From assembly GCA_964019335.1 (NCBI GenBank), contig OZ025735.1, positions 1 to 64,000 of the forward strand: a DNA stretch of 64,000 nucleotides, given 5' to 3'. Under the pieces are notes generated by a model. It saw only the letters and a list, made by a program, of their open reading frames with translations, had not been told where the DNA came from and did no database searches. Below, piece by piece: positions 10,375 to 23,610 of this stretch. Positions within the stretch are counted from its first letter, which is position 1, and the number at the start of each line of letters is the position of its first letter. The stretch is from Diplonema japonicum (taxonomy: Eukaryota > Protista > Euglenozoa: Diplonemea). Both the position numbers and the translations under genes were made by a program.

Positions 10375-11742
10375 ATGAAGATGCAAGCGGTGTCAACAAT
10401 AGTGTTTTTTGGGTTTTGCGGGTTAGTGGTGTGCACCAATGACACAACGGTACCAGAGGAGGTTGCACCTGTGAATGGGACTGAGCCTGTGGAAGCCCCT
10501 GAGTGGAACAACACAATGCCTGTAGAAGAACCAGCTGAGTCCCCAGAGGCGAACGTCACAACACCGGCATCTGAACCGATCGAGGCCCCAACTACACCTG
10601 CCTACGAGCCTGCTGAAGAGCCATCTGACAACAGCACTGTCCCTGCACTCTCACCTGACGAGACTCCCGACGACAGCAATAAAACCACCCCCTCTGCAGA
10701 GCCTGTTGATACAGTACCTGATTCCAACGCGACTGTTCCTGCCTTTGAGCCTGCTGAGGAGCCATCTGACAACAGCACTGTCCCTGCACTCTCACCTGAC
10801 GAGACCCCCGACGACAGCAACAAGACCACCCCCTCTGCAGAGCCTGTTGAGGCACCACAAGAAGTGCCTGATTCCAACGCGACTGTTCCTCATGAGGCAC
10901 CCGAATCAAACTCGACCACACCGATCAACGTGCCTGTTGTAGTCCCTGAGACTGTGCCCATTATGCCGCCCGTAGCACCCGATGGTGTGAAGTGGTGTAC
11001 AACAAACGTTCCATGCACACTATTCGGTGATACCACAGCGACATGCAACACAGCGACAAATGAATGCAAGTGCGGGCAGGGCTACGGGCCTGTTGCACAA
11101 GGGAACGTGACGGCCTATTTGTGTGTGAAGCCAGGCTCCATAATTTCTCTGGTCATCAAGATAGTGCTGTCGTTGGTCTTTAATATCGACTGCAATCTGT
11201 TTGATGTGTCGCAGCACGGTGCACTGATGAGGCAGCTCATCAAGGACACAACAGGGGGCGACGTGGAGGAGCTCACCACATACTGCGGCTCGTTGGTTGT
11301 TGTAACAGAAGTGGGCAACGTGAATCCCGTGAAGCTAGCAGGTCTTGATGTGACAAGCACAGCGAACCAACAACTGAACGGCCCGAAGTTTGCAAGTCTG
11401 AGGTCTGTGGTAGGAACAGTAGCTTCCTCGAGCACGGACGTTGGGGGTAGTGCTTGCAAAGCGCCGAATGCAGCCACCACTACTCAACTTCCGTCGGGTG
11501 CCTGTGCACCTGTGCGTTGCAACAAGGAGTATACACTTCGCAAGGGTGTGTGTGTGGCAGAGACGGCTACTGCCAGCTTCACCCTCACGCTCCCTATCTC
11601 GACCGACAGCTCGGACTCCCTCTCAGCAGGTGTCGTGGTCGGCATTGTAATTGGTTCCATTGTCTTCATTGGCGCCGTTGGCGCTGCTGTTTTCTTTTGT
11701 TGGTTTAAGAAGACACCTGTTTCTCCTCTTGAGAATAATTAG
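10375..11742 (+). CDS. Type I membrane surface glycoprotein: signal peptide, mucin-like P/E/T/S stalk, EGF-like Cys modules, single TM
   Basis: Hydrophobic N-terminus, many NxT/S sites, CTTNVPC...CKCGQGY, C-terminal GVVVGIVIGSIVFIGAVGAAVFF. Internal ~141-nt duplication (~10600-10740 and 10741-10890). Confidence 0.8.
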   Translation: MKMQAVSTIVFFGFCGLVVCTNDTTVPEEVAPVNGTEPVEAPEWNNTMPVEEPAESPEANVTTPASEPIEAPTTPAYEPAEEPSDNSTVPALSPDETPDDSNKTTPSAEPVDTVPDSNATVPAFEPAEEPSDNSTVPALSPDETPDDSNKTTPSAEPVEAPQEVPDSNATVPHEAPESNSTTPINVPVVVPETVPIMPPVAPDGVKWCTTNVPCTLFGDTTATCNTATNECKCGQGYGPVAQGNVTAYLCVKPGSIISLVIKIVLSLVFNIDCNLFDVSQHGALMRQLIKDTTGGDVEELTTYCGSLVVVTEVGNVNPVKLAGLDVTSTANQQLNGPKFASLRSVVGTVASSSTDVGGSACKAPNAATTTQLPSGACAPVRCNKEYTLRKGVCVAETATASFTLTLPISTDSSDSLSAGVVVGIVIGSIVFIGAVGAAVFFCWFKKTPVSPLENN

Positions 11743-11970
11743 AAGTGCCCCTGCTGTGTTAAGTTATCAGACATGGAGCCTGTCTGACGTGGCGTGGGCA
11801 CTGTTCCCAAGAACCTCATTTTGGCAGGGTTGGCAGCTGTAAGAAAAAGATGACCAACGAACAGAACAGAACAGGGTAACTTCAAGTTTGTTTTGACGCG
11901 TTTGGCGATACCCCTTCCCCGTTTAGCTTACTTGCGGAAGTAAACCCTACTCGGCACAAAGAATACTAAC

Positions 11971-12813
11971 TATTTATTTAGTGAATATAAGATCCTATGA
12001 TTTCACGCGTGGTGGCAGTGGTTTTGACGAGTAATGGCGGTTATATCACGAGCGAAGCGAGTGTTATAACGTTTAACGAGTCAAAACTGCCACCACAAGT
12101 GAAATCATCAATCTTATATTCACAAGTACGATATTTTATTTAACGACAGCAAAATTTGAGTGGGTGGGAGGTACAGGTGGTACCAATTACAACAGGTGTC
12201 GGATGTGTGCCTCGGTAGTGCACATGTTTCCTGCGAACATCAACGCTGCATAAGCGTGGCGGACGATGCCATACCTCGGTGCTAAAGAATTCTGTCATTT
12301 GCTCTTGGGTAAAGATGTTCGCCTTTTTTGTTGACGCCTTCTTGGAACCTCTTGAGGGGGACCTTTAGTCGGGGGTGGTCTTGCAACTGCTTCTTGTAAT
12401 TCCTCCTCACAACCGAGTTTAGCCTTGAATAAGCCGCCCGGACTGAACGGGCAGCAGGCCTTGCTTCATGTCGTTGAACTAGAGAATAGAATCCTCTTCT
12501 TTCGGACGGGCCCTTCTTTTCCTTCCTATAATTATGAAACACACAAAAGCGTGCCCACTCCTTTTCGTATGGCTCTTGGAAGGGGGTGAACCCTGCTGCG
12601 TCCGCCTCTTGTGCAGTCGGGTTCTTGCCTATCCCAAAGGAACCTTGGTAGGAATTTTTGGAGGGTTTTGCTTAAATTAGGCCCAGGAGTGAAATAATAT
12701 TTCTTATTTTAACGCTATCAGAATTTTTTCACTCCTGGGCCTAATTTCTTTTAGAAGCCGGAGCGTGAAAATAAAGTCAGGAGTGAAATAAAGTAAATTT
12801 TTATTTTCACTCC
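11971..12813 (-). mobile_element. Crypton-like tyrosine-recombinase transposon remnant flanked by hairpins
   Basis: Frameshifted - strand translation of ~12575-12190: YEKEWARFCVF..PSE/EEDSIL*F..SVRAAYSRLNSVVRRNYKKQLQDHPRLKVPLK..KKANIFTQEQMTEFF..IVRHAYAALMFAGNM(C)TTE, i.e. YR box I with R>C at a CpG. Hairpins at 11981-12123, 12674-12747 and 12780-12813. Confidence 0.65.
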
Positions 12814-12920
12814 CACCCACGAAAATTTTGATGGAGTTAAATAAATGTAAATAAAATTTATTATCATTTTAAACCATGTTGCGTTTGAATAAAAAAAGAA
12901 AAGAGAACAGAAAGAAGAAG

Positions 12921-12953
<33 letters not shown>

Positions 12954-13350
12954 ATGTCCTCCATTCTTCCATTTTGAATAACAACTCATTCTAGGAAAGA
13001 TCGTGCCGTTCAAAGGCAGCAAAAAAGAAAAAAGAAAAAGAAAAAAAAGAAGGGGAAAAAAACGAGTTCAATTTAAAGTTTTCTCAAAAGTGAAGGAAAA
13101 AAAAAAAAAAAAAAAGAAATAGTTGTAGTTTGTTTAGGGAGGTGCAGAAAGAAGAAACACGGTACGCACAAGGTGCGACCCTTTATTATACTCTTCCCTC
13201 GCACCCTTTATTTTCCCTTTTTCGTTTGATCCATCTAACAATACCGTGGTGTCTACCAAACACTATGTGTGGCCTTTCCCTTCCCTTCCTGTGGTACCCC
13301 CGGTCAAAATGCTGTCAACAATTACCTTTTTCGGGGCCTGTAAATCGGGG

Positions 13351-13387
<37 letters not shown>

Positions 13388-13453
13388 ATTGTTAAAACCA
13401 TACACGTTATCAATACCATAACGTTATTTTTCTTTTGAGATAATAACACGCCC

Positions 13454-13741
13454 GGTATCTAGCAAGGTATCTAGCAAGGTATCTAGCAAGGTATCTAGCA
13501 AGGTATCTAGCAAGGTATCTAGCAAGGTATCTAGCAAGGTATCTAGCAAGGTATCTAGCAAGGTATCTAGCAAGGTATCTAGCAAGGTATCTAGCAAGGT
13601 ATCTAGCAAGGTATCTAGCAAGGTATCTAGCAAGGTATCTAGCAAGGTATCTAGCAAGGTATCTAGCAAGGTATCTAGCAAGGTATCTAGCAAGGTATCT
13701 AGCAAGGTATCTAGCAAGGTATCTAGCAAGGTATCTAACAA
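13454..13741. repeat. Minisatellite (GGTATCTAGCAA)x24
   Basis: 23 perfect copies plus 1 variant of the 12-mer. Confidence 0.95.
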
Positions 13742-13856
13742 GTATCGCAAGCATCTGCTGATGATGTGTATATCGCGTTATTTGAATACTGAAATATTAA
13801 CACCGCATACCCACCACCAACATGTCGTTGCAATATTCGCTTCGGCTGTTGGCGCA

Positions 13857-13967
13857 TGGAACCCGTGGAGCCCGTGGAGCCCGTGGAGCCCGTGGAGCCC
13901 GTGGAGCCCGTGGAGCCCGTGGAGCCCGTGGAGCCCGTGGAGCCCGTGGAGCCCGTGGAGCCCGTGG
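13857..13967. repeat. Minisatellite (TGGAGCCCG)x12
   Basis: 11 perfect copies plus 1 variant of the 9-mer. Confidence 0.95.
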
Positions 13968-15050
13968 TCAATCTTTTTGATACGATTGCCACTCCCGCAC
14001 ATCTTAGAGATGTTGAATGTCGTCGTGAATGTCAAGCCATGCCGACCGTAGTTTTTAGGAGGCTTGTCTTAGATACTGAATCCGTCATCGCAAGGGAGAT
14101 GGCAGACCCCTGTTCCCTCATTCATCGTAGCTAGGAGCCCATTTTGATTCGGGCGACCTCCTTCTTTTACAGCCCCCTCCAAAAAAAGGCAACTGTGGAC
14201 ATGCATCCGACCTCCCTTTTTACCCCTTTTTCAACGACAGTCGAGAAACACATTCATTTTCAAATGTATCCGAAACAAGGTGGGTTTTTATTTGTACTCT
14301 CCTCGGTTTACTTTACTACCCTTAAAATACATAAGTAAAAAGCGACTTTAACCCAATGCTGTGTTTGCATCCATTTCCTTTTCGTTTTTTTCATCTTCGT
14401 TCTAACGGCAACCAATGTGTTCATGTGAGCCCGTGTCGGAGGTTGACCTCATCCTCCCTGGTCGATTACTGCAATTAAAACATATAAAAAAAAGAAAGAA
14501 AATGAAAAAAACGGAGAAAAGATGATAGAAACTCAAGCAAGCAAAGCCACTATGCTATGCCAAGTGAGAAAAAAAAAGAAAGAAATAAATAAATAAAATA
14601 TACAATTCTCTTAGACCCTTTCTTTTTCTTTTCTTTCCTCTGCTTTTTTGCCTCATCTCCTTCCCCCCCATAGGAAGGTCCAGGACGTTGCAATTAAACT
14701 GCATCTACTGGAGGGGAACACAAAAAAGGAGGGAAAAAGAAAATGATAAAAGAAAGGAATCAAACCCCCTCAGCTTGTTGCCTTCGCCTTCCCATTAGTG
14801 GTTCGAAACGTCCCACACCCTTCTATTTACTACTTTCTACTTTCCGGTCTGGTTTCCTCCCCCTTTCCCTTTCCTGTTATGCAACACGCAACCCATTCTT
14901 CCTCTTAAGTTCTCGATCCCCCGTCCCACATTTGTTTAGAAGAGCGAAACCGCAAGGCGGCACGTAGCTCCTTTGCCTCCTTTAAGCACCCTTTCTTTTT
15001 GGTTTAGTTTAACACATAGATCTAGACAACACAGATTCAACCTACTTAAA

Positions 15051-15608
15051 ATGCTAGCATGCCCCGTCGTGTTATGCCTTGCCTTGAGCACAGCTGACAC
15101 AACACATGGCCGCGGCCACGGCCATGAGCTGTCGGCAAATGACCTGCGGGACATTGTGCATGAGGTCCACGACGATGTGCAGGAAGTGAATGGGTCGTTC
15201 GTGCTGAAATTCTCAGAAGAAGGCCTCGCAGAGAAGACGTTGACCATGTTTGTGGGAGAAGACTCCATCTTCCTGAGGTCTCTCTGGGACATTCCGCACA
15301 AGGGGTTGGAGGACTTCCCCGTGCTTAATCACTGGAACTCAAGGTTTAGTTTCTGCAAACTCAGCCTTCAGGATATTGAGGACAAAACCCAGGTTGTGAT
15401 GCACATGGATCAGCAGGTCGTCCAACCCGCCGTTGACCCTACCATCTCTGCCAAGAACTTCGTCGCTACTTCACTCCACATCTTCAAAACTGCTGTTGCT
15501 GGCTTCGACAGAGCCTACCGTGAGTACTACACGGAGCTTGCAGCAGCGACAGCTGAGGACGAAGACACAGTTAACACCGGTGAGAATGACCAGACGGCAG
15601 AGCAGTGA
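15051..15608 (+). CDS. Secreted protein with a YbjN/CesT-like domain
   Basis: Signal-peptide-like MLACPVVLCLALS. VLNHWNSRFSFCKLSL resembles the YbjN N-x-WN...F-x-K motif. Acidic tail. Confidence 0.55.
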   Translation: MLACPVVLCLALSTADTTHGRGHGHELSANDLRDIVHEVHDDVQEVNGSFVLKFSEEGLAEKTLTMFVGEDSIFLRSLWDIPHKGLEDFPVLNHWNSRFSFCKLSLQDIEDKTQVVMHMDQQVVQPAVDPTISAKNFVATSLHIFKTAVAGFDRAYREYYTELAAATAEDEDTVNTGENDQTAEQ

Positions 15609-15879
15609 GGTGCAAGACAGGAAAGGCGGATTAAGTACTAACTAGTTGACCGTATTCTTTTTTTCTTCCTTCTTTTTCTTTACTTAAATTTAGTATTTCC
15701 TTTTGTTCTTTCTTTTTATTGATTAGATTTACACGCAGCAATTATTGTTCTCATTAACTCCCGCTGATTTATTTCTTATCTTTTTGGTCTTAGGTTGCAA
15801 GAACCCCCTCTATTTATTCAGTAACTATTGCCTTTACATGTCCCTTGCATGTCACTGATTACTCAGCACAGGTGCTAGA

Positions 15880-16344
15880 ATGGAAGAAGTGTTTGAAGGT
15901 GTGCGCGCTGCCTTTGCGTACAACACAACGACCAGAACATCGAATGCAGTGGGCTTGTCTGCTGCTATAACAGCAACGATCGAGGCGGTGGACTGGCAGG
16001 AGCCGTGGCTGCTGTACGTACTGGTAGTGCACGCTAGTCTGTGGATATGTCTGATGATGTCAAGGGGTAACCCGAAAGCTCTTGCAGTTCTTGGTGCGTC
16101 TATAGTCACCGCCGTGCACTCGCACACCCTCCTCAACTCCTTTGCGCAGAAGAACTGGAAATCGTTTTCCCGACGCAACTACTTTGACAGCGATTGCGTC
16201 CTCATCCGCATCATCTGGACAACTCCCCTGCTCGCAACGGCCTTCACAGTGCTGGTATATGCCCTGGTCGACGTCACTATACAGGCAAGGAACAGGCTAG
16301 CAAGACCGCAAAGAAGGCAAATAATATACCCTAGAAAACAATAG
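15880..16344 (+). CDS. TMEM18: Transmembrane protein 18 homolog
   Basis: VDWQEPWL..., LNSFAQKNWKSFSRRNYFDSD, IIWTTPLL. Confidence 0.85.
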   Translation: MEEVFEGVRAAFAYNTTTRTSNAVGLSAAITATIEAVDWQEPWLLYVLVVHASLWICLMMSRGNPKALAVLGASIVTAVHSHTLLNSFAQKNWKSFSRRNYFDSDCVLIRIIWTTPLLATAFTVLVYALVDVTIQARNRLARPQRRQIIYPRKQ

Positions 16345-16410
16345 CAGGTAGCTAGGGGGTGGGTTGGGTCTATTTATTACTCTCGATAACTTGGAGGCAC
16401 CTTCTGCAGG

Positions 16411-17526
16411 ATGGAAACAGCAGACGATGAGGGGAGCTCGATCATGGCTGTTTGTATTGCTGCAATGGCAGCTATGCTACTGGAGATATGGGCGGTGGCA
16501 ACCCTCACCGTGACGGAGCAGGACACCGCGCTGGTTAAAACTATCCCAGTGATTTCAGATGAAGAAGCAGCCAGCAGTACAGGGGAGCGGGCAGAGAGCG
16601 CTGTTGCCAACGCGTTGCTGGTGGGAGGTATTTTCGTAGGCATCACACTGCTGCTGATGCTAGTGTACAAATTAAAACTGAAAAGGGTCATGACGACATG
16701 GCTGGCTTCCTGCTACTTCATCATCTTCGTATTCCTCGGATGGGTTGTCTTCGACCTCACCTGCACCGCGCACCAAGTTCCATATGACATTGTCACTTGC
16801 TGTTGTGTGCTGTGGAACTTCGGTGTTGTTGGTGTCGTCGTGATTTATGTTGCAGGCCATCCACGGATGAAACAAGCATATCTGATCCTGACAGCTGTGA
16901 TCCTTGCTTGGTTTCTGGCCAAGCTGCCTGAATGGAGCACTTGGGTGTTGTTGGGCCTACTGACATGCTACGATTTGTACTCAGTAGGGGCAGAGAATGG
17001 TGTCGTCAGGATGCTTCTTGGACATGATAGCAGTGAGGAGGAAGACGAAGAAAGCGAGCGGCCTGTCACCACGACAAGGATGCCCTACGAGATGTACCGC
17101 TATGACGGGGACAACAGTGACGACGATATTGAATACTCCATACCAGGCTGCGACGAGTCCCTAGAGGTGGAAATGCAAGACGTGGTCCCAGCGGGGCGTA
17201 CAAATGATGCACAAGAAACTGTTCATCAGTACGACACACATAGCACACCTGAGGGCCTTCTCTTCGAGACGCAAAACCACGAGCTTGGTCTTGGCGACTT
17301 CACCTTTTACTGCCTTCTGACAGCAAGAAGTTTTCGTAGCAAAGGCGCTTTATCTAGCTTATTGGTAGTGACCGCTGTGCTCACAGGCCTCCTTGCTACG
17401 CTCTCGCTTGTACACCACCTGGATACCCCTCTGCCTGCACTGCCCCTCCCGATTCTCATGGGCGTTGTTTACTATTTAGTTTCCTTGCAGCACTTGGAGT
17501 ACATAGTTAGTCAGTTTCATACGTGA
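16411..17526 (+). CDS. PSEN: Presenilin (GxGD aspartyl protease, gamma-secretase catalytic subunit)
   Basis: LPEWSTW..YD, LGLGDFTFY and PALP motifs, multiple TMs, acidic loop. Confidence 0.9.
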   Translation: METADDEGSSIMAVCIAAMAAMLLEIWAVATLTVTEQDTALVKTIPVISDEEAASSTGERAESAVANALLVGGIFVGITLLLMLVYKLKLKRVMTTWLASCYFIIFVFLGWVVFDLTCTAHQVPYDIVTCCCVLWNFGVVGVVVIYVAGHPRMKQAYLILTAVILAWFLAKLPEWSTWVLLGLLTCYDLYSVGAENGVVRMLLGHDSSEEEDEESERPVTTTRMPYEMYRYDGDNSDDDIEYSIPGCDESLEVEMQDVVPAGRTNDAQETVHQYDTHSTPEGLLFETQNHELGLGDFTFYCLLTARSFRSKGALSSLLVVTAVLTGLLATLSLVHHLDTPLPALPLPILMGVVYYLVSLQHLEYIVSQFHT

Positions 17527-17609
17527 ACACAAGAGATGATACCGATATTATTATATATTTGTTGCGCCATGTTTCTTCCAATTATACTACAGTTGCCTTT
17601 TATGCAGCA

Positions 17610-18515
17610 ATGCTACACGTGCTCTGTTTTTCATCGCTGATTATCGCCACGTCTTCTTTGAAAGACAATGAATCTTCTAGTCACCTATGCTGTTCTGATG
17701 CCCCGAGGAGGAGCACGCTCACCTGGACTTACTACAGAAGCAAAAACTACGCTACTACTGTGTCACGGGCATTCTCCGATGACGGCAGGCAAGGGTTGGC
17801 ATACATTCTAAGAACATGGAAAGGGAAAAGAGGTGTTGAAATAGGTGTTAAAGACGCCTTCTTTTCTAATATCCTGGTATGATGTTGGTGGTAAGGGGAC
17901 AACACAACACAGCTCGGCAGGACTACAAACTTCTCGCTGTACATGGTGGACCCGTGGATGTACCAGGACAACTACAAAGATCTCATTATCAGTAAATTCG
18001 GAACTGGTGACAAGACATACAATGAGGTTCTTAAGAAAGTTGAGCAATACGGTGATCGTGCGACTGTTCTGCGCAACACGTCCTCCGATGCTTCCAGCCT
18101 GTTCGCGAACCACTCGCTGGACTTTGTCTACATCGATGCAAGGCATGACTATGCTGCAGTGAAGGAAGATCTAGGTCTGTGGTGGCCAAAACTGGCACCG
18201 GGAGGGATCATGTCTGGGCATGATTTCTACTATGCCAACGATTCATGTGTACGACGCTCTGGACAAGACTGGGAGCTGCAGTCTGATGGGACACGCAGCT
18301 GGAAAGGTGTCCGTGGTGCTGTGGAAGAATTCTTCCATGACAAGAAAACGATGCATATCATGCAAGCGGGGTGGCGCATGGGGCGTGTGCTGACATCTCT
18401 CCATAAAACTCTCCGTAAGCCCCTCCTACCTCGTATGCGCCTTCCCGAGGTCCGGGCACACGATTGCCGCTTTCCCTCGTGGATGGTCATCAAGAGGCGC
18501 AGCGACTGGTCTTAA
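17610..18515 (+). CDS. Class I SAM methyltransferase (Methyltransf_24-like) with signal anchor; 1 intron
   Basis: GVEIGV, VDPW, LDFVYIDARHDY, GGIMSGHDF. Intron 17877-17912 (36 nt, contains an in-frame stop) joins ORFs 17523 and 17943. Confidence 0.8.
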
Positions 18516-18603
18516 CTGTTTAACTTTTACACATTTCATTTACCTAATTTGTTAAGTACTTAAGTCTTATAAACACCACGTTCCCGCACATGCACTATAG
18601 GTG

Positions 18604-19833
18604 ATGGATGAGATGAGGTCTGACGGGCCGGGGAAGGCTGGGTGGTTGGAAATGAGGATATGTGAGGGACGGGGCATTAAGGGGAGAGTTACTGTGGTAG
18701 TGGAGGTGGGGAAGCAAAGAAGGATGACTTGCGAGGCAAGTGGTGATTGTCCCGAGTGGTGGGAAAACTTCACAGTACCTGTGGAGATGATCAATGGCAA
18801 CGTCTACTTCAAAGTAGTAGTTAACGACACAGTGCACGGGAGGGCTTCTGTTCCGCTCGACACTTTGAAACAGGAAAAATATGAAGACACGTGGCTCAAG
18901 TTGCTGCCGCCTGCTGTTGGTGAGGGGCAAACTACGTCCTCGAAGTACCGTGCCATATGCCCTTCGGTGTACAGGGGAGGGCTCCCTAAGACCATGCAAA
19001 CGGCGCAAGAGAAGGGGTGGATCAAAGTGACAGCACATTGGGTAGGGCACCCCCCTACACTGCTGAGCATGACTACGCTCGCAACACCATGGGACTGGGA
19101 CCACCACACAGAAGTCGAGAACCTCGACTGGCTTGGTAACTTGCTGATACACCACGGATACAGGATATATGCTTCTTTGCAACTCCCATCACTACTTGAT
19201 GAGCTCAAGAAAGCACCGCTCCCTGTGAAGTTGATCAGCACCTCAGCATGGTTGATGCTAAGCAGTGTTCTGCAGCCCTACCAGGCACCCATGCTGTTTG
19301 CCATCTTTTGCTTATGCAACAGCATCTATAACCACGTCACAGGTGTCCACAGCAGCATTTCTAGCATAATACTGTTCGAAGAACAGAACCTAAAAGAACC
19401 CCCTACCATAAGGGAGGCACTTGCAGAGGTCGCACTACTTCCTTCGATCATTCAAAAAGTGCAGAACATTTTGGGTTATTTAGCGTCGGCAGTTGAAAAG
19501 CTGCATCACGTGTTCATCCTTTCAGAGCACCATTCTCTGATATCATTCTTCCTGCTGTTTGCGCACGCAATGCTGCTGAGCATCTTGATGTACTCTGTCA
19601 CTCCGAGGTTAGTCCTTGCCGCTTGCGGTTGCTTGTTCATCTTCAGCAAAGAATTGAGAAACAAGGTGGAACCTTTAGGGATAAGTAAGCACCCCATCTC
19701 GCTCACGCAGCCGTCCACGCTAAAGTCCATCCTATCCACCATTTGGTTCACCATCCCCGACAAGACAGATATGGTTCACAGGCATGTGAGCCACGGTCAA
19801 GTGGCGCATCACAGCAGTATCCCCGACAAATAG
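18604..19833 (+). CDS. C2-domain protein with C-terminal TM region (MCTP-like)
   Basis: GWLEMRICEGRGI...PEWWENFTVPV..VYFKVVVND..GRASVPL (C2 domain), followed by hydrophobic helices and QKVQNILGYLASAVEKL (PRT_C-like). Confidence 0.6.
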   Translation: MDEMRSDGPGKAGWLEMRICEGRGIKGRVTVVVEVGKQRRMTCEASGDCPEWWENFTVPVEMINGNVYFKVVVNDTVHGRASVPLDTLKQEKYEDTWLKLLPPAVGEGQTTSSKYRAICPSVYRGGLPKTMQTAQEKGWIKVTAHWVGHPPTLLSMTTLATPWDWDHHTEVENLDWLGNLLIHHGYRIYASLQLPSLLDELKKAPLPVKLISTSAWLMLSSVLQPYQAPMLFAIFCLCNSIYNHVTGVHSSISSIILFEEQNLKEPPTIREALAEVALLPSIIQKVQNILGYLASAVEKLHHVFILSEHHSLISFFLLFAHAMLLSILMYSVTPRLVLAACGCLFIFSKELRNKVEPLGISKHPISLTQPSTLKSILSTIWFTIPDKTDMVHRHVSHGQVAHHSSIPDK

Positions 19834-19905
19834 AGATTTCAAACATAGTCTCAGCATTTCCATTTTGAATAAGCTGACACATCCCACCACACAACAGCCA
19901 GTAAA

Positions 19906-23029
<3,124 letters not shown>

Positions 23030-23610
23030 AAAAGCAAATGGTGACTTGTTTCCACCCCGCCCCTTAGTTTGAAGTGTTTTCATATTGTCTCTTACCCTTT
23101 GCTGTGCAGAGTGAGTTATGTAATGAGTGAGTTCCCACTCCGTTGGCAGGCTGCTGCAAGTTCGCTCCCTCTTCACCTAGAAAGTGTTCTCATTCCCTTG
23201 TTTCCCCGTGTTTGGATTCTGTGTTTTTCCTTTTGTTTGTATACCCCAAACCCTTGTATTACCCAGCTCGCTAGTGTTGTTGTGGCGGCACTCTCTCTAA
23301 TCGCTTGTTTCCAATCGTTGCTGCAGGTCTAAGCCTCACTGACTTGCAAAGCGCTTATGTTGGATAACAGTATACTTAGTAGAGAATGTTGGCAGTGTAC
23401 AGAAGGCAAGGGGGTTATGGTTCACAGTTGCCAGCCCGCGCTTTTGTGCCTCTTTTGTTTCTTCATTGAAACAAGGAGGGTTAAAGGCGCTCCTGTGAAT
23501 CGCTCACCTTCGTTTCTTTTCCACTTTCCGTCTTGTCTCTTGCCACCCTATTTCCACGTGTTTGTTCCATTGCTTTTCATCGCTGCCATTGACCAACCAC
23601 AACAGGCAAC

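Noticed and set aside
13410-14134. ORFs made of ARYL/LLDT/VEP/GST repeats; also considered as a CRISPR array
   Set aside because: These are translations of minisatellites. There are no unique spacers and no coding context.
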